Source: the human T2T-CHM13v2.0 reference genome, Homo sapiens. Taken from it: a stretch of 64,000 bases of DNA. The first letter of the stretch is position 1, and the number at the start of each line of letters is the position of its first letter. This document shows, piece after piece, positions 45,851 to 61,030 of this stretch. The position numbers were made by a program, and so were the translations under genes. The notes under the pieces are model-generated. The model made no database searches, was not told the DNA's origin, and worked only from the letters and a program-made list of their open reading frames with translations. Location of the stretch: the NCBI RefSeq assembly GCF_009914755.1, contig NC_060933.1; one strand, given 5' to 3'.

Positions 45851-48800
45851 TTGAAATAAGCTTCATTTGTTGATAAAACTTCATTTCTTCCAATTGTCTA
45901 ATTTCATGTGTAGTAATATCCTTTAAGCAAATATTAAGATATTTATGACTGAAGTGGATAAACCAAATTATTACTTATAATTGCAAAAAAATAGAAATAA
46001 TATAAAAATAAATAGCATTGCAACAATAGAATAATTTTGCAACCGTAGGAAATACTTTCAAAGCATTTCTACAACATTGAATGAAAATAAAGACACCAAT
46101 AAATAGGATGCAAAACTGTACATATAGTATATTCCTGATTTTGTAACAGTATGTAAAAAAAACATAAAGGGAGAGTCACCAAAGTTTTTAAAAACTGGTT
46201 TCCTCTAGGTAGTTGTCAATAATTACTGGGCATTTTTCATTTATTTATATATTTCTCTGAAATTTTCAAAGGCTATATTACTTTATTACTATACCTGTTA
46301 TTTTAATGGGTACATTTTTATAATTAATCATGTAAAAGATACAAATGTAAATGATTGGATGTAGACATGTAAACAAAGAAAAAAAAGGAAGTCAACAAGG
46401 ATCATGCATTACGTTAGTCAAGGAAGCTAGTCATAGAAACCCCTCTCTCCTGGTTATTTTTAAACCAGACTTAAAGGCTAGAATAGAACTATGGATGTAC
46501 TAAGAGTCCATTATGTAAGACCACTTGATGGCATGCAACAACATGCAGACACATACTTTTAGTGTTCTGAATTTACTTACTGGGAACAATAACTTTATAA
46601 TTTAAAAAAATATGAAAACTGATAGCAGCTTAGACTTGTTACACTGTCCTCTTGAACTACCATTAAAAATTTGAAATTTCCTCCAAATCATGGACCTCGT
46701 TTTTTTTCCCTAAGTACACAGCAGTGTTTCCATGCTTGCTACTTAAAATAAATGAGTATTTCTGAAATTAAAGCATTTATGGCCAAATATATCAAAGCAT
46801 TCTTTCTTAATGTTGCAAGCTATGAAGATTAAAAATAAAAGTAAGAAATTTAAAATTTCCCAGTGTTCCAAACCAAACATAAGCTTAAAGTTTAAGTTAG
46901 TTTTCTGTTAATATAGAGAATGCCTTCCTAACCTATTTGATTTTATACAATTTGATTTATCTTTCAAAGGTGAGATATTGTTCATGATTGGTATAAAGGC
47001 ACTATATTTAAATGTGCAGGATACATTATCTATAGGTAAATTACAAATTTGAATCTGGAGATCAAAAGTTCTTTGTACTTTATAATCCTTTGTTTATCAA
47101 GAAGTACAAAACTATGCTGTGCACTTACTACAGAGTGACGGATGTTCATCTTGTTTTTAGCAAAAGGCATCTTGATCATTAATTCCTCCAGTTTGTCCAC
47201 ATGTCTTATAAGAATGTCAGCAGGAACTTTACTGTTTCTAGAATAATGGCATAGGAAATAGAAATATTACAGCTCCTAATCTGCACGTGGTAATCATTTT
47301 GAAATACGGCAGTTAAATACTCACATTGAGCTGTCATTGCAGTACTCACTGTATCAAATAATAAGTTTATCTGCAGAAGTGCATTCACTTTTCAAAAAAA
47401 ACCACAACTAGTTCTAGTAAAAATAAAGGAAATAGATGACTTATTTTCTTTTTAAACATATTACAAATGGACAATTTATAATTTTGATTTATTTTCTTAT
47501 ATTAGGAGCTATGAAGGATACAAAATAGATTTTATTCTCATATTTAATCTATTTATTAATAGATATAACAGTCTTAGCTCCAAATATCCTGAAGCTATTG
47601 TTTATGCCTTTTGTAGATTTCTCCAGATTTTTAGTATTTTACTATTATGATCTATGACTCACCTACTTTGGTTTCATTTATTTAACAACTAATAGCATAA
47701 AGGCACTTGATCAATTTTTTAAATACAGAGATCAGATTGTTTTAGGAAATTTCCAGTGTTCTCTTGCCATAATGGCTCTCTCAAGGCCACCTGAAATTAC
47801 TTGCTCATTAGCTTCTTTGATATGTTATTATAGAAACTATCCATTTAGGCCTACAAAGACTTTTTCTTTTAAATTTCCGATTACTCTGTTTATGTACATA
47901 GATTCTAAAATAAATTAGTTTCAGCTCTGGCAATGTTTGATGTTTTGATACAAAGCGTAAATAATTTCATGTCAGAGCATCTTAATTCCATTTTCAAAAT
48001 TCTACTTACTTACTACAGTGTAAGATTATTGTAATCCTGGAACTCATTTTAATAAAAACAGAAAATGACATTTTTAAATGATTGTTCATGATACAAGAAA
48101 AGTAATTTAGAAAAATACAATAGCATTAAATGCTGAACGGCTAAATTCAGCTTCTTTTTCTTAAAAACTAAAACTACAAGTGAATGAAGTAAATAAAATC
48201 ATTCATATTTTTAGCCACATGATAAATGGAACTATCTAGTAGAATTATGCTTTATACATTAGACTAAAGGTTAGGATGGAGATAAATGTCACTTTTAGCT
48301 TCCATTAATAATTATCAATGATAATTTTTAAATGTACATGAAAATGCTAATATTAGTATACACACACACTTACATACAGGTATTTATGCATTTATTTATT
48401 ATAAAGAATGACCAATACTTAAATTCCAGATTGATGTCTGATAACTTATTCCAATGGAACACATTGTTTCTTTTCTTAAAGCAGAAAGCTTTTCTTAGAC
48501 TGCATTTCCAGTTGGATGTTTTATATAGACGTGGTAATGGAATGCATAATGAATAACTTCTATAGTCTGCTATTCCCTAAACTCTTCTCATATTTTTTTG
48601 TAGTGAGTAATGTCATACTTTGAACAAATTTTAGCATTTTAATTTAACACCACCTTTTGTTTCTTTAGTGCCAGCTCATTAACAAATTATGTAATTTTGA
48701 CCCACACCACATTTTTCTGAGTTAAACCCTTAATATATACACACCACCAATTATAATTACAATTTTCTTCTTTTACAGCGAAGTTGCTTTAGTAGAATAC

Positions 48801-50398
48801 CCTCTGCAGGGTAAGTAGAAGCAACCCACTATAATTGGCAGACCAACAACTTGTTCTAAAGCCTTGGAATAATATAATTTTGATAATCATCCTCAATATT
48901 TTTACTAATGCTTAGTGAGCATTTACTATCATCCAGAAATTGTCATAATTGTTTAAGATGCTTTATCTCGTTAGATTCTCACAGTAATATGTGAAGCAAT
49001 TGCTGTAATTGTCTTCAATTATAAAATTAAAGAGAGGAGTAAATAGGATCAAATAAATGATCATTTGTCATCAATGATTATGGTCACTTGGAGAATATTT
49101 TGTAGGCTAAGACTTTAGAAAAACCCATACTATTTACTGCTAGGATATTCTGACTGGTAATCAGATGATCTATACTAGAATTTCTTCAAATAAAGGTACT
49201 AAATTAGATGATCATGACATACCCTTCCATAATGAATTATGAGTTTTGGAAGTTTAACAAAGGTGTATCTCATTTGTATCTTCATTGTACTAAAGCTGTA
49301 ATCAGAAAAAGGCCAAAGACATCAAGTGTATAAAAGGATTTGTACACACATAATCATTCACTAAGATACAGGCCCAAAAGAAAACAGACTGAAGGAAAAA
49401 TTAACAACAAAATAAGCCACTTTATTTCTTTACAATCATAGCAATAATTAAAATTATCTAAAATTTGTGATGAAGTTATTTCTCTAATGAAGTAATAATT
49501 TCTAGTCATTTAAAAATCCAGTAAAAATTATCTTCCACTATCACGACATTTAAATACTTATACACTGCCATGGACAGTTTTTCCTACATTATAAATGATA
49601 ACATTTATTGTAACTCTATTTAACTGAATTCATTAAAAATCTATTTAATATGATACAAAATAAAGAATTCTTCAGAAAACTATGATCCCCAAATAATTTG
49701 CTTGTAATTATTTAAGGATAGTTGTTAATAGTCCATACAAGTTATTTCTCTACTTTTTAAGCAGGACGATGTTTGCTTTAATCTAAATAGTTTTAGATTC
49801 AATTTGATTATTGTCTCTGCATACTACAATGACAACTATGAAACTAATATTTAATTGTAAATATATGAAATTGAGGATATTTTACATTTATAAAATACTA
49901 CAATATACAAATTAAAGTTTTATTAATTTTTTCAAAGTTGTCTATCATAACTGCCACACTTTGCACTGAGCTGGGATCTAATATAGAACCATACTTTGCC
50001 ATTACTTTTTGTATCTCTTTATTCTTCTTCTATCTGGAACAGTTTATAACATCAACATTTTTGAAAAGTACAGGCAATTTTTTTTAATGTTCCTCAATTT
50101 TGATTTTTCCTCATGAGGAGTTCAAATTATCTATTTTCGGCGAGAATGCTCCTTAAGTGATATGATGTCCTTCTTAGCGTATCATATCAAGGGGTACTGA
50201 TGTCAATTTGCAATGTTCTTTGTCATGTTTACCTTTATCAATTAGAACATAGGCTATGGGAGACGCAGACAAAGAACATAGAAAGAAACTGGACCTCAGA
50301 ATGTTCCTGTGGAGCAAAGCCACTCAGTAGCCTGAAACAGTTCCCACATCAGAAGGTCTCTTTATCACTGCAGCCTAGCTTTACTATAACTATGCTAA

Positions 50399-50738
<340 letters not shown>

Positions 50739-50799
50739 CTGAGAACCTCTTAAAAAAAAAAATCCCAAAACTTTATACCATAACATTTCTCATTTTTAA

Positions 50800-52250
50800 T
50801 GGAAAATTCCTAAAGATTTGGTAAATGTACCAGGTTGTGTAACTATAAGCACTGTCTACTTTCGAACATTTTATTACTCCAAAAATATCTCTTGTGCACA
50901 TTTACACTCATTCCATTTTTCTATCACCATCCACAGACAATTGTTAATCCAGTTTTTGTCTCTCTTTTCTAGGCTTTTAATATAATGGAATCATTAAATA
51001 CATGGCCTTTTGTATCTGGCTTCATTTAGTTGACATAATATGTTGGGGATTCATCCATATTGTAGCATGCATTTTTAAAAATATTTTTGAGTGATATTTT
51101 ATTATATAGATATACCATATTGTGTTTGTTTATTCACCAGTTGAAGACCATTCAGATTTATTTCTACTTTTATGCCTATTATGAATAATGCTGCTCTGAA
51201 AATTCAAATACATGTTTTTGTGTGGACATGCATTTTCATCAGTCTTGTGTAGAAACTTAAGAGTTGAATTGTGAGGTTATGTGGTAAATTTGTTTTTAAC
51301 ATTTTAAGAACTACAAACTGTTCCAACTTGCCTACATCGTCTTACAACTCTACCAACAATCTATGAATGTTCCAATTTGTCCACATTCTTACCAGTATTT
51401 GTTATTGTCTATCTTTTAAATTTTAGCCATTCTAATGGGTGTAAAGTGATATCTCAGTGTGGTGGTAGTTGCATTTACCTAATGACTAATTCTGTTGAGC
51501 ACCTTTTCATGTGCTTATTGGCATTCATATATTTCCTTTACTAATATGAGTATTGTTGATGCATTCTGGATGCAAGTGCTTTATCAGCCACATAATTTGC
51601 GAACATTTTGTTAGCCTGATTTGCAAACCTTTTTTGTCTCAGTCTGTAGCTTTTCACCTTCTTAATGGTGCCTTTAAAACAAAATAGCTTTTAATTTTGA
51701 TGAGACTAATTTATTATTATTTTTGGCTTGCTTTGTGTTTAGTTTGCTCTTGTTTATCTAATGTTTTAAGACAAAAAACGTTATTGCTTAGAGATTTTCT
51801 TTCCTAGTATAGGCATTTAAAGGTATATATTTTTTCAAAACAAAATAAGCTGCTTTAGCATAAGTTTGCAAATGTTTTGTTATGTGTTTCTGTCTTCAGT
51901 CAGTTAAAATATTTCTAATTTTCCTTTGTAATTTTGTTTTGACTTGTAGGTCATTTAGAAATGTGTTGTTTAATAATATTCACAAATATCCTAATTTTCT
52001 TTCTGCCACTGGTTTTTAGTTTACTTTAGTTGTGGTCAGAGAAACTTACTTTGTATTATTTCAATTCTTTTATATTTCTTGTAACTTGTTTTATGATGTA
52101 GCCTATTGTTTATCCTGGAGAATATCTCGTGTGTTCTTAAGAAATGTGTATTCTATTATTGTTGAATGGAATATTCTATAAATGTCATTAGCTCAACGTG
52201 GTTGACAGTATTGAGTCTGCTACATATTTTTTATTGTGAAGCTATTATTG
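50800..52250 (-). mobile_element. Old L1M 3'/ORF2 fragments
   Basis: ATAATGGAATCAT, TTCATCCATATTGTAGCATG and TTTTAGCCATTCTAATGGGTGT. Confidence 0.78.
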
Positions 52251-52266
52251 AAAGTGAGGTATTATC

Positions 52267-52810
52267 CCATTTGACCCAGCAATCCTATTACTGGGTATAC
52301 ACCCAAAGGATTATAAATCATTCTGCTATGTAGACACATGCACATGTATGTTTATTGCAGCACTGTTCACAATAGCAAAGACTTGGAACCAACCCAAATG
52401 CCCATCAGTGACAGACTGGATAAAGAAAATGTGGCACATATACGCCATGGAATACTATGCAGCCATAAAAAAGGATGAGTTCATGTCCTTCGCAGGGACA
52501 TGGATGAAGCTGGAAACCATCATTCTCTGCAAACTAACACAAGAACAGAAAACCAAACACTGCATGTTCTCACTCATAAGTGGGAGTTGAACAATGAAAA
52601 CACATGGACATAGGGAGGCGAACATCCCATACCCGGGCCTGTCAGCGGGTGGGGGGCTAGGGGAGGAACAGCATTAGGAGAAATACCTAATGTAGGTGAC
52701 AGATTGATGGGTGCAGCTAACCACCATGGCATATGTATGCCTATGTAACAAATCTGCACGTTCTGCACATGTATCCCAGAACTTAAAGTATAATAAAAAA
52801 TTTTAAAAAA
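52267..52810 (+). mobile_element. 5'-truncated L1PA (ORF2 C-terminus, 3' UTR, A-tail)
   Basis: MFIAALFTIAKTWNQPKCPS...MFSLISGS*; perfect 17-bp target duplication GAAAGTGAGGTATTATC at 52250-52266 and 52811-52827. Confidence 0.96.
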
Positions 52811-53237
52811 GAAAGTGAGGTATTATCTTCAAGTATTATTGTGGAAATTATCTATTTCTTCCCTTAATACTGTCAGTTTGTGCTTTGTATATTTTCAAGG
52901 GCTCTGGTACATTTCTGTTTATAGTTATGTCTTCCTAATGAATTGATACTTTCCTTATATAGATACCTCTTTGTTTATAATAACATTTTTGTTTTAAAGT
53001 TCCTTTTGTCTGTGGCTGCTGCCTGACAATCTTCCTTTTGATTGATGTGTTTAATAGTGACGTCACTTTTAACTGACAAATTGCACTACTTTCTTCCATT
53101 AACAAGAGTAGATTCAATCAAAAGAGATAATCACAGTGAACTTATATTTTCATGCACTTGAATAGTTATTGGAGCCAACTGATTGACAGGGCAAAAATAC
53201 AAATAAAAATAGCCTATAAAATTCAAGAATATTATGT

Positions 53238-53492
53238 CGGGAGGCCAAGATGGGTGGATCACTTGATGTCAGGAGTTCAGGACCAGCCTGGCCCACATGG
53301 TAAAACCCTGTTTCTACTAAAAATACAATAATTAGCAGGGCGTAGTGGCAGGAGCCTGTAAGCTCAGCTACTCAGGAGGCTGAGGCAGGAGAATCGCTTG
53401 AACCTGGGAGGTGGAGGTTGCAGTGAGCTGAGATCATGCCATTCATTGTACTCCACCCTGGGTGACAGAGCAAGACTCTATTAAAAAAAGAA
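53238..53492 (+). mobile_element. AluS, 5'-truncated
   Basis: Starts at GGGAGGCCAAG and ends in an A-tail. Confidence 0.88.
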
Positions 53493-53521
53493 ATCAAAAA
53501 TATTTAAAATTTTCCATCATT

Positions 53522-53827
<306 letters not shown>

Positions 53828-54194
53828 TTAATGTAGGCCCTTAGAGGACATTGAAAATAGCAAGTAGTAGAAAAATATAAAAGCTGAAAAATCATCCTTA
53901 GTCCTTTACTATTAATATTATGATATATCTATTTCCAGTTATTTTATGCCATTCTACTTTTTACTTAGTAGTATTCGCTTTGCAATTCATATAAAATTGT
54001 CGTTATAAACAATTCTGCCAGAAATTTTTCAATTATATAGTCTTTGTACATATTATTTATTGACATGATATTTTATTATGCATAATATTCCAGCTTGCAA
54101 CCTGGAATATGTAACTATAACTCTGTAAGTTGAGTTTTCATTTATTCAATGTTTATTTTCCACATAATAAGAAAAATTGGGGCATAAATGTTGT

Positions 54195-54330
54195 ATTTAT
54201 TTATTTTTTTGTTAGAGACCAGGTCTTGCTGTATTGCCCAGGCTGCTCTTGAACTCCTGGCCTCAAGCAATCCTCCCACCTTGGCCTCCCAAAGTTCTGG
54301 GATTACAGGGGTGAGGCACGGTATCCAGCC
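54195..54330 (-). mobile_element. Alu left monomer (FLAM-like)
   Basis: Single arm flanked by AATGTTGTAT / AATGTTTTAT. Confidence 0.85.
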
Positions 54331-56449
54331 AATGTTTTATATATTTAGAGTCTTTTCTAAAATTCCTTGTGCAGAATTCATGGTTCTTCATTTTATTTTT
54401 CTACAATATATACTACAGTTTGATAGTACTCAAAATTTAGAACGTTAGGAACAAGAAATCAACTTTTCAGCCTATACATAATAGATTTTATATTTTAAAA
54501 TATATGCAGGCTACCCTGGGAGGTGTTTCTGTAGATAGGCAGGAGTCAAAACATATGATTCAATAAGTTATCCTGAAATACACAAAACTATTGACAAATA
54601 AAATGTACATTGTGAATCTTAAAATGCATTGTCATTAAAACATAATTACTTTGTCTTTGAAATTCTGTACTAAGTCTCTTTTAGATAAACCTTTTAATAG
54701 GACACATGTTTACAAGTTGACATGTGAGTTTTAATACAAGTAAATGATAGTGTGGGTGATTTTTTTCCCCTTCTTGGGAAGTCTGTTTAGACTTCCCAAT
54801 ATCCTTTGACGTATGATATTAGAAGAGTGAAAATATTTTTAATATTTGTGAGTGACAATCTTTTGGATATTAATATACTCTCCATGTAATGCTCATTAGA
54901 AGATATACATTATTTCACTCATGATTTCAAATATTATGTTTATGTATTACTCCCCTGTGTTAAAAATAATATATGAAAGAAGAAATAGGAAAAAGAATAA
55001 GCAGAATTTTTAAATAAAATGCTGAATCAGACAAAATGTCTCTGGAATATAGCATGCTATGAAAGAAGATTTACAGAAAGATACTTTTTTTCCCCTGTGT
55101 AAAATCCAACACTCACACTTACATATGCGATTGTTAATGCTGGGTGCCTTATAATAGAAATATTAAAGAGTGATTACTGAGAAAGTATTGTGAAGATGAA
55201 CAGCATGATTGAAAAATAAGTGAACAATGTGTCTACACAGTAAGGAAAAGTAAAATCATATGATTTTAGTATAATTGGGACATTTTAAAAGGTCAGATGA
55301 TGAAACAAATAGTTGAATAATTATCCAAGGGGCTCACCAATCACTCATCAAAAGTTGTGCATTTATCACTAAGGAAGTCATTTAACAAAAAATCATCATC
55401 AAGCTGAGGAAGACTTCTCCCTACTGCACTACCTGCTTACATATCTTTCAAAGGTTTAAAGTAAATACTTACACTAGCAATATTTGCTATTATTACTGGG
55501 AGAAGCAATTTTCTTTGAAAACTAGTAAACTTGTAGTGCTTATCTGCTATTATCTCTCTTCTTCTTCCACATGACAGTAGTACTCTTTTGCCCTTTTTTA
55601 GTTAAGCAGGACCATCTAAGTATGTCAGGGCAATGGGATGTGATAGGGAGTGATGTCTGTGCTGCAGAACTGGAACATGTATTTTCTGGTTCAAGACTTG
55701 CTTGTTCCCGTTGCAGCAATTAGGAAAGCCTAGGTTGAGATGGAAGTGACACCACAGCAAAGCAGCCTGCACCTCTGAGCACACTGAGGACATATGCCTG
55801 GAAGAATTTCCTGGGCCTCAACGGATTTTCTTTTAAAATGAAATAAATTTAATTGTGCCATGTCACTGAAATAGTAATTATGCTAATTACTTTAACATAA
55901 CTTTCACCTCAACAGATTGATTTTAAAAATTCGTGAAATATCTCAAGTACTTTCATCTGAAAAACCTGATTGCCAGACAATAGTGAAACTTGAAAGGATT
56001 TGAGACTTAGCTGAAGTTGCTCTCAGGAAAATGCAATCTCTCTGAAGTTCTGTGTTATTAATCAACAGAATTTTATAAATTTGTTGTTCTGTATTAGTTT
56101 TATATTTCATATAAAATAATGATCTAAATAACAAATGATTGGATAAAATTGATGTTCTGTGAAAACATGTTATGTTGACTACTGCCTGTCCACAGTTCAG
56201 TTCTCCTGGCTTAAAGTGTTTACTTTTTGCCATTCTCAGAAAAAATATCAGAGTAGCCAGGAAAAGAATAGATATAGAGATTATTCCCAAAATAGAAGAA
56301 AGAAAAAAAAGAAAAGATGAAATGAGAAGAAACAAGCTGCTGAAACATTTTAAATAAGGCAAGAGATGTAAGAATAAATGAAGAGATAGTAAAAAAAAAA
56401 AAAGCTTGTAAGTGGAACACATTTATAATATGGAAAAAAAAAATTCACC

Positions 56450-57509
56450 AAACCACCTTTGCAAAGATTATTATGGTGAGAGAAATCTAGCATGGCCGAC
56501 TCCATCTTGCTTCTAGCCTTACAGATTGGCTGTCTTCACTCATTAGTGGGCATAAGCCAAGCTAACCATGGGGGGAATTTAGTTTATAGCTTAAGCTTTT
56601 GAAGCAAGAATGATAATAGTCACTCCCTAAAACTGATTCCCTCTTTGTTCAGGTGCTGAAGTCTCCTTTGCAAAACTAATGAAAGGCCACAAGATTAGAA
56701 TCATGGTAGGGGCCTGTATTCTGCTAAGATATAGGCATAGTTTCTATAATCCCTTACTACTCAGGAGTCACGTGGCCAGAGGTCACAAGATTTATGACTT
56801 CCCCGACTGCTCTCATAGATAATATCACTATTGTAGCAACTAAGATTGCTCCTTTGAGATGTTTTTCAGATTTTTTTTTTTTCCAGACAGGGTCTCACTC
56901 TGTTGCCCAGGCTGGAGTGCCGTGTTGTGATCATGGCTCACTGCAGCCTTAATCTCCTTGGGCTCAGGTTATTCTCCCACCTCAGCTCCCCAAGTAGCTG
57001 GGACTACAAGAGTATGCCACAATGCCTGACTAATTTTTGTACTTTCTGTAGAGATAGGGTTTTGCCATGTTGCCTAGACTAGTCTTGAACTCTTCAGCTC
57101 AAGCAATCCACATGCCTCAGCCTTCCAAAGTGCTGGGATTACAGGCATGAGCCACCATGCCTGGACCTGACTTTCACACTCTGGCAACCAACTGATTCCA
57201 TCCAGACTCAGGATCCATGAGTCAGCTGGTCTTGTGGTGCCCCCACCCAGAGGCAGACTCAGTGCATGAGGATCATTTTTCATACCCCTATGATTGCATC
57301 CCCAACTAGTCAGCAGCACTCATTCCCTAGTCTCCTGCCCACCAAACTATCCTTGGAAATCCCTCACCACGGAGCCTTCAGGGAGACTGATTTGAGTAAT
57401 AACCCTGTCTACCATATGCCTAGCCTAGAATTAATTAAAGTCTTTCTTTACTGCAATATAGCAATCTCAGTGAATTGATTTAGTCTGTGCAGTCTGTTCA
57501 GGGATTACA
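56450..57509 (+). mobile_element. LTR8A/8B-like ERV1 solo LTR interrupted by an Alu
   Basis: AAACCACCTTTGCAAAGATTA...GACTCCATCTTGCTTCTAGCC and GGCCAGAGGTCACAAGATTT; ends GATTACA. Confidence 0.8.
56871..57166 (-). mobile_element. AluJ inserted in the LTR8-like element
   Basis: AGACAGGGTCTCACTCTGTTGCCCAGGCTGG...CATGCCTGG. Confidence 0.92.
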
Positions 57510-57569
57510 ATGGCAAAAATAAATCTAAGCTTTTGAGTAATCACAATTTATATAAATAGTTTAAATTTT

Positions 57570-57978
57570 AGTTGCTTTAGGTGGTTTTCTCAGAAGCAGA
57601 CCCCCCCAGACAAGGATTTGTGGGCAGTAATTTGAGAGCTGATTCCAGAGAGGAATGAAGTGAGAGCTGAAACATTGGGCAACTGAGGTTCTATCCAATT
57701 GGGGCTCTCCAAGACAGTTACTAGAGTCACTGGAAGAGTTGCTCCTGGGTGAAGGAGCTATCATGTCTATTCAACAACTTTTATTCCTCATTGTCTCAGG
57801 ACTGCTGCTGGGGCCATTAGTTCTGTAGCACTTTCTGTCTGTCCCACAACATCTTCCTGCGGCCAGAGAAAGTCGTCAGATAGAGTCACCATTTTTTTCT
57901 ATTTAGGAAGTATCAACATTACCAGACATAGTCAATTCTGGTCTGACAAGGGTGAAGCACCATCAGCTTCTGCTATAC
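57570..57978 (-). mobile_element. LTR33-like ERVL LTR
   Basis: CAGAAGCAGACCCC...AGACAAGGATTTG resembles the reverse-complemented 3' end of LTR33. Confidence 0.6.
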
Positions 57979-58577
57979 CAGTTAATAAATAAAAATTATC
58001 AAGTTGGATCTTTACAAATCAGATACATTGTGTTTACAAGAGACATACCTCCTAAAACATGACACAGAAAGGTGGAAAGTAAAAAAGCAAATATAAAGAA
58101 AAGGAATATGTTGTCTATATTAACATCAGTTAAAGAAATTGTTTTAAAGTCATTAATTCGTGATCAAGAGTCTCTACATATAAATAAAATCTTTACTCAG
58201 GAATATATAAGAACCTTCTATGTCATCAATAACATATTCTTACAATATAAAAGCAAACATTTTTAGATCAACAAAAATATCTAGACTAATCCATGATTGT
58301 TTGAGATTTCAGCATAATTCTCAGTAACTGACAGACAAAGCAAAGCAGACTGAGAAAGTCCATATAAATTTGAATAGTGTGAATAATATTAAGTTAATGG
58401 AAATACATAGTACATTATACCCAATTGGAGAATGTTATTTTTAGTACACATTATTTACAAAATTATTAAACAATTGTCAACAGTTTCCAAAATATTGATA
58501 TAATTCAAAACACCCCTCCCACACCCACCCACCTATGTATAGATAGGTAGGTAGATAGACATAGATAGATATCTATG

Positions 58578-58861
58578 CAGTCGTGTATTGCGTAAGTCAT
58601 TAGGCAATTTCATTCCTGTGGAAACATCAGGGTTTTTACACAAACCTAGATGATATAGCCTAGGCTACACGGTATGGCATATTCCTGCTAGGCTATACAC
58701 CTATATAGCACAGCACAGTAACACAATGGTAAGTATTTGTGCATCTAAACATATCTAAACCCAGAACAGGCACAGTAAAATATAGTAGTCTAATCGTATG
58801 GAACCATTGTCATATATGTGGTTCATTGCTGACCCAAACATCATTATGCAGCACATGACCA
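58578..58861. mobile_element. Tigger3a/MER7-like MITE
   Basis: CAGTCGTG...CACATGACC ends; contains ACACAAACCTAGATG and TCTAAACATATCTAAAC. Confidence 0.8.
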
Positions 58862-59501
58862 TATGTCTATTTATTGATGTATCTATATGTACAGAAAAAG
58901 GAGTGGAGATGCTTTACAGATGGCAAATGGACCATTTTTTATCAAGTGACACAAAAGGATGAAAAGGACATGAAAAGCCAGAGAATATCAAGGGGGATTA
59001 TCTGGGATTGTGGGGAGGATAAGGCAATAAGCACTGTCAGGACATAGACAGGACTATATCCAGCTGGCTGTTGACTGGCTCAATTTCTCATGTTTATATC
59101 ACCTTGAAACCATTGATGCCATCTATTATTCCTCAGAAACAATGAGGTGGTTGATCCATCACTTCTAAATTTGACTTTGTGAATATAGGCAGCCTAGAAG
59201 CACTTTTCTCACACATGCATTCCATGGAGGCACAGTCTAACATAGAAGGTTACATAATTAACCAGCATCTACAGCATCACTACAATCTGTGGATGGCTTG
59301 GCTCTACTCCGCATTTTTGTCATATTACAGGCACTATCTGTCAAAGCAGGTGTGGTAGCCCTGACATTTTTGCAGGCTTCCTGCCCTTCCATGAAGGCCT
59401 CCTGAAGTATGAGAAACTTCACTTAGAGCTGGGAAAAGCTAGGCCATAAAGGCTCTCAGGACCTAGATCAACAACAAGGAGCATTCTTTTGGGATGGATG
59501 T

Positions 59502-59926
59502 TAATATGGTTTGGATCTGTATCCCTACTCAAATCTCATATTGAAATTCAATCCCCAATGCTGGAGGTGGGGCCTGGTGTTGAGAGGTGATTGGATCATA
59601 GGAGCAGTTTCTCATGGTTTCACACAATCCTCATTTGGTGCTGTACTTAGGATAGGGTTCTCACAAGATCTGGTTGTTTAAAAGTGTGTGTGGCACCTCC
59701 CTGCTCTCTCTCTTGCTCCTTCTCTGGCCATGTAAGACATGCTCTGTACCCCTTTGCTTTCTGCCACAATTGAAAATTTCCTGAGGCCTCCCCAGAAGCC
59801 AGGCAGAGGCCAGCATCATGCTTTCCTGTTAAGCCTGCAGAACCATGAGCCAGTTAAACCCCTTTTCTTTATAAATTACCCAGTCTCAGGTATTTCTTTA
59901 TAGTGGGTGGAGGGCAGATTAATACA
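59502..59926 (+). mobile_element. MSTA-like MaLR solo LTR
   Basis: TAATATGGTTTGGATCTG...TAATACA; 5-bp target duplication GATGT/GATGC. Confidence 0.9.
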
Positions 59927-60972
59927 GATGCTTAAGTGAAGCGCTCTAGTAGCACTATTTAGGGCCATTTTAATCTACCTGCCTTCCAGACAGTATTCAT
60001 TAGCATTCAGTTGTGTTATCTCTTGGGAAGGCTTTTTTGGGGCTAAGCCCTTTATCTAAAACTCTGGAGGCGTTTAGGAGTTTACTTGTAGAGGTTTGGG
60101 ACTCTGACTTTTTCCTTATTCTAACTGCTTACATTTATTAGGCTTCTATCTTTCTTTGTTTTACTGATAAAGTTAGGCCTCTGTTCCCAAACCAAGTGCT
60201 CTTTTCATATTTAAGTAGATCAACAATGAAATGTGAATAGTAACCTGTTAGCAAAAATAAAGACCCAGGCCTTGTATGAGATGCAACTCTCCACTTAAAT
60301 AAGGTTGTAACCATGAGGGACCATCCCAAAGGAAATAAGCCACTTCAAAATAGTGTGATTAAGATTTAATAAATAGTGAAAATGTTAATACTCAGTTGAT
60401 GATTTCTTTCACTTGAGTTAATTATTCGATCAGCAAATAAACATTAAAGAGGGGAATGTATGGGGAAGGGCAGTTGTCTGTTCAGAGGCTGCTTAGATTC
60501 ATTTTTGGTAATGAACTTCCCATGTGGTCAGAAACTCCCTAGGTTAGAAAAACAAAAAACTCTGGACTGATCTCTTCCATTAAAAGTAACCTAGAGGAGG
60601 GGATATATCACATTCAAGATTCAGCCCGGGTACTTCTTCGTGGGCCACATTATAGATGCCTGTCTCCTGTTTTTTATGTGTTGTTAGGACGATCTCATGC
60701 CTATCTATAGCCTACCACCACTGTGTAGTGGAGCAACATTTTCAAATTAAACATTTGTTTTTAATTCATCTTATTCCTAGCCTCCTCAATCCATCAGCAA
60801 AGACTTTCTATGTGAACTGCCTTCAGGGTAGGGAGGGTAAGTAAAGAACAAAGAATGAAATTCTAAACTTTGAAGCTGACTTTTGCAATCCAAGCAGAAA
60901 CAATACTCTGGAAGCCCTGAAATCCATTTCCCAGACACTTGGGAGAGAATAGTGTTTAAAGATGTTTTACTC

Positions 60973-61030
60973 GAGCCTGGGTGACAGAGCGGGACTCTCT
61001 CTCAAATAAAAATAAAAATAATTAAAAAAA
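60973..61030 (+). mobile_element. Very short Alu 3' end with A-rich tail
   Basis: AGCCTGGGTGACAGAGCGGGACTCTCTCTCAAATAAAAATAAAA. Confidence 0.8.

Noticed and set aside
55943-56422. 159-aa hydrophobic ORF
   Set aside because: Low-complexity F/L/I/S composition from the T-rich strand of A-rich DNA; no homology cues.
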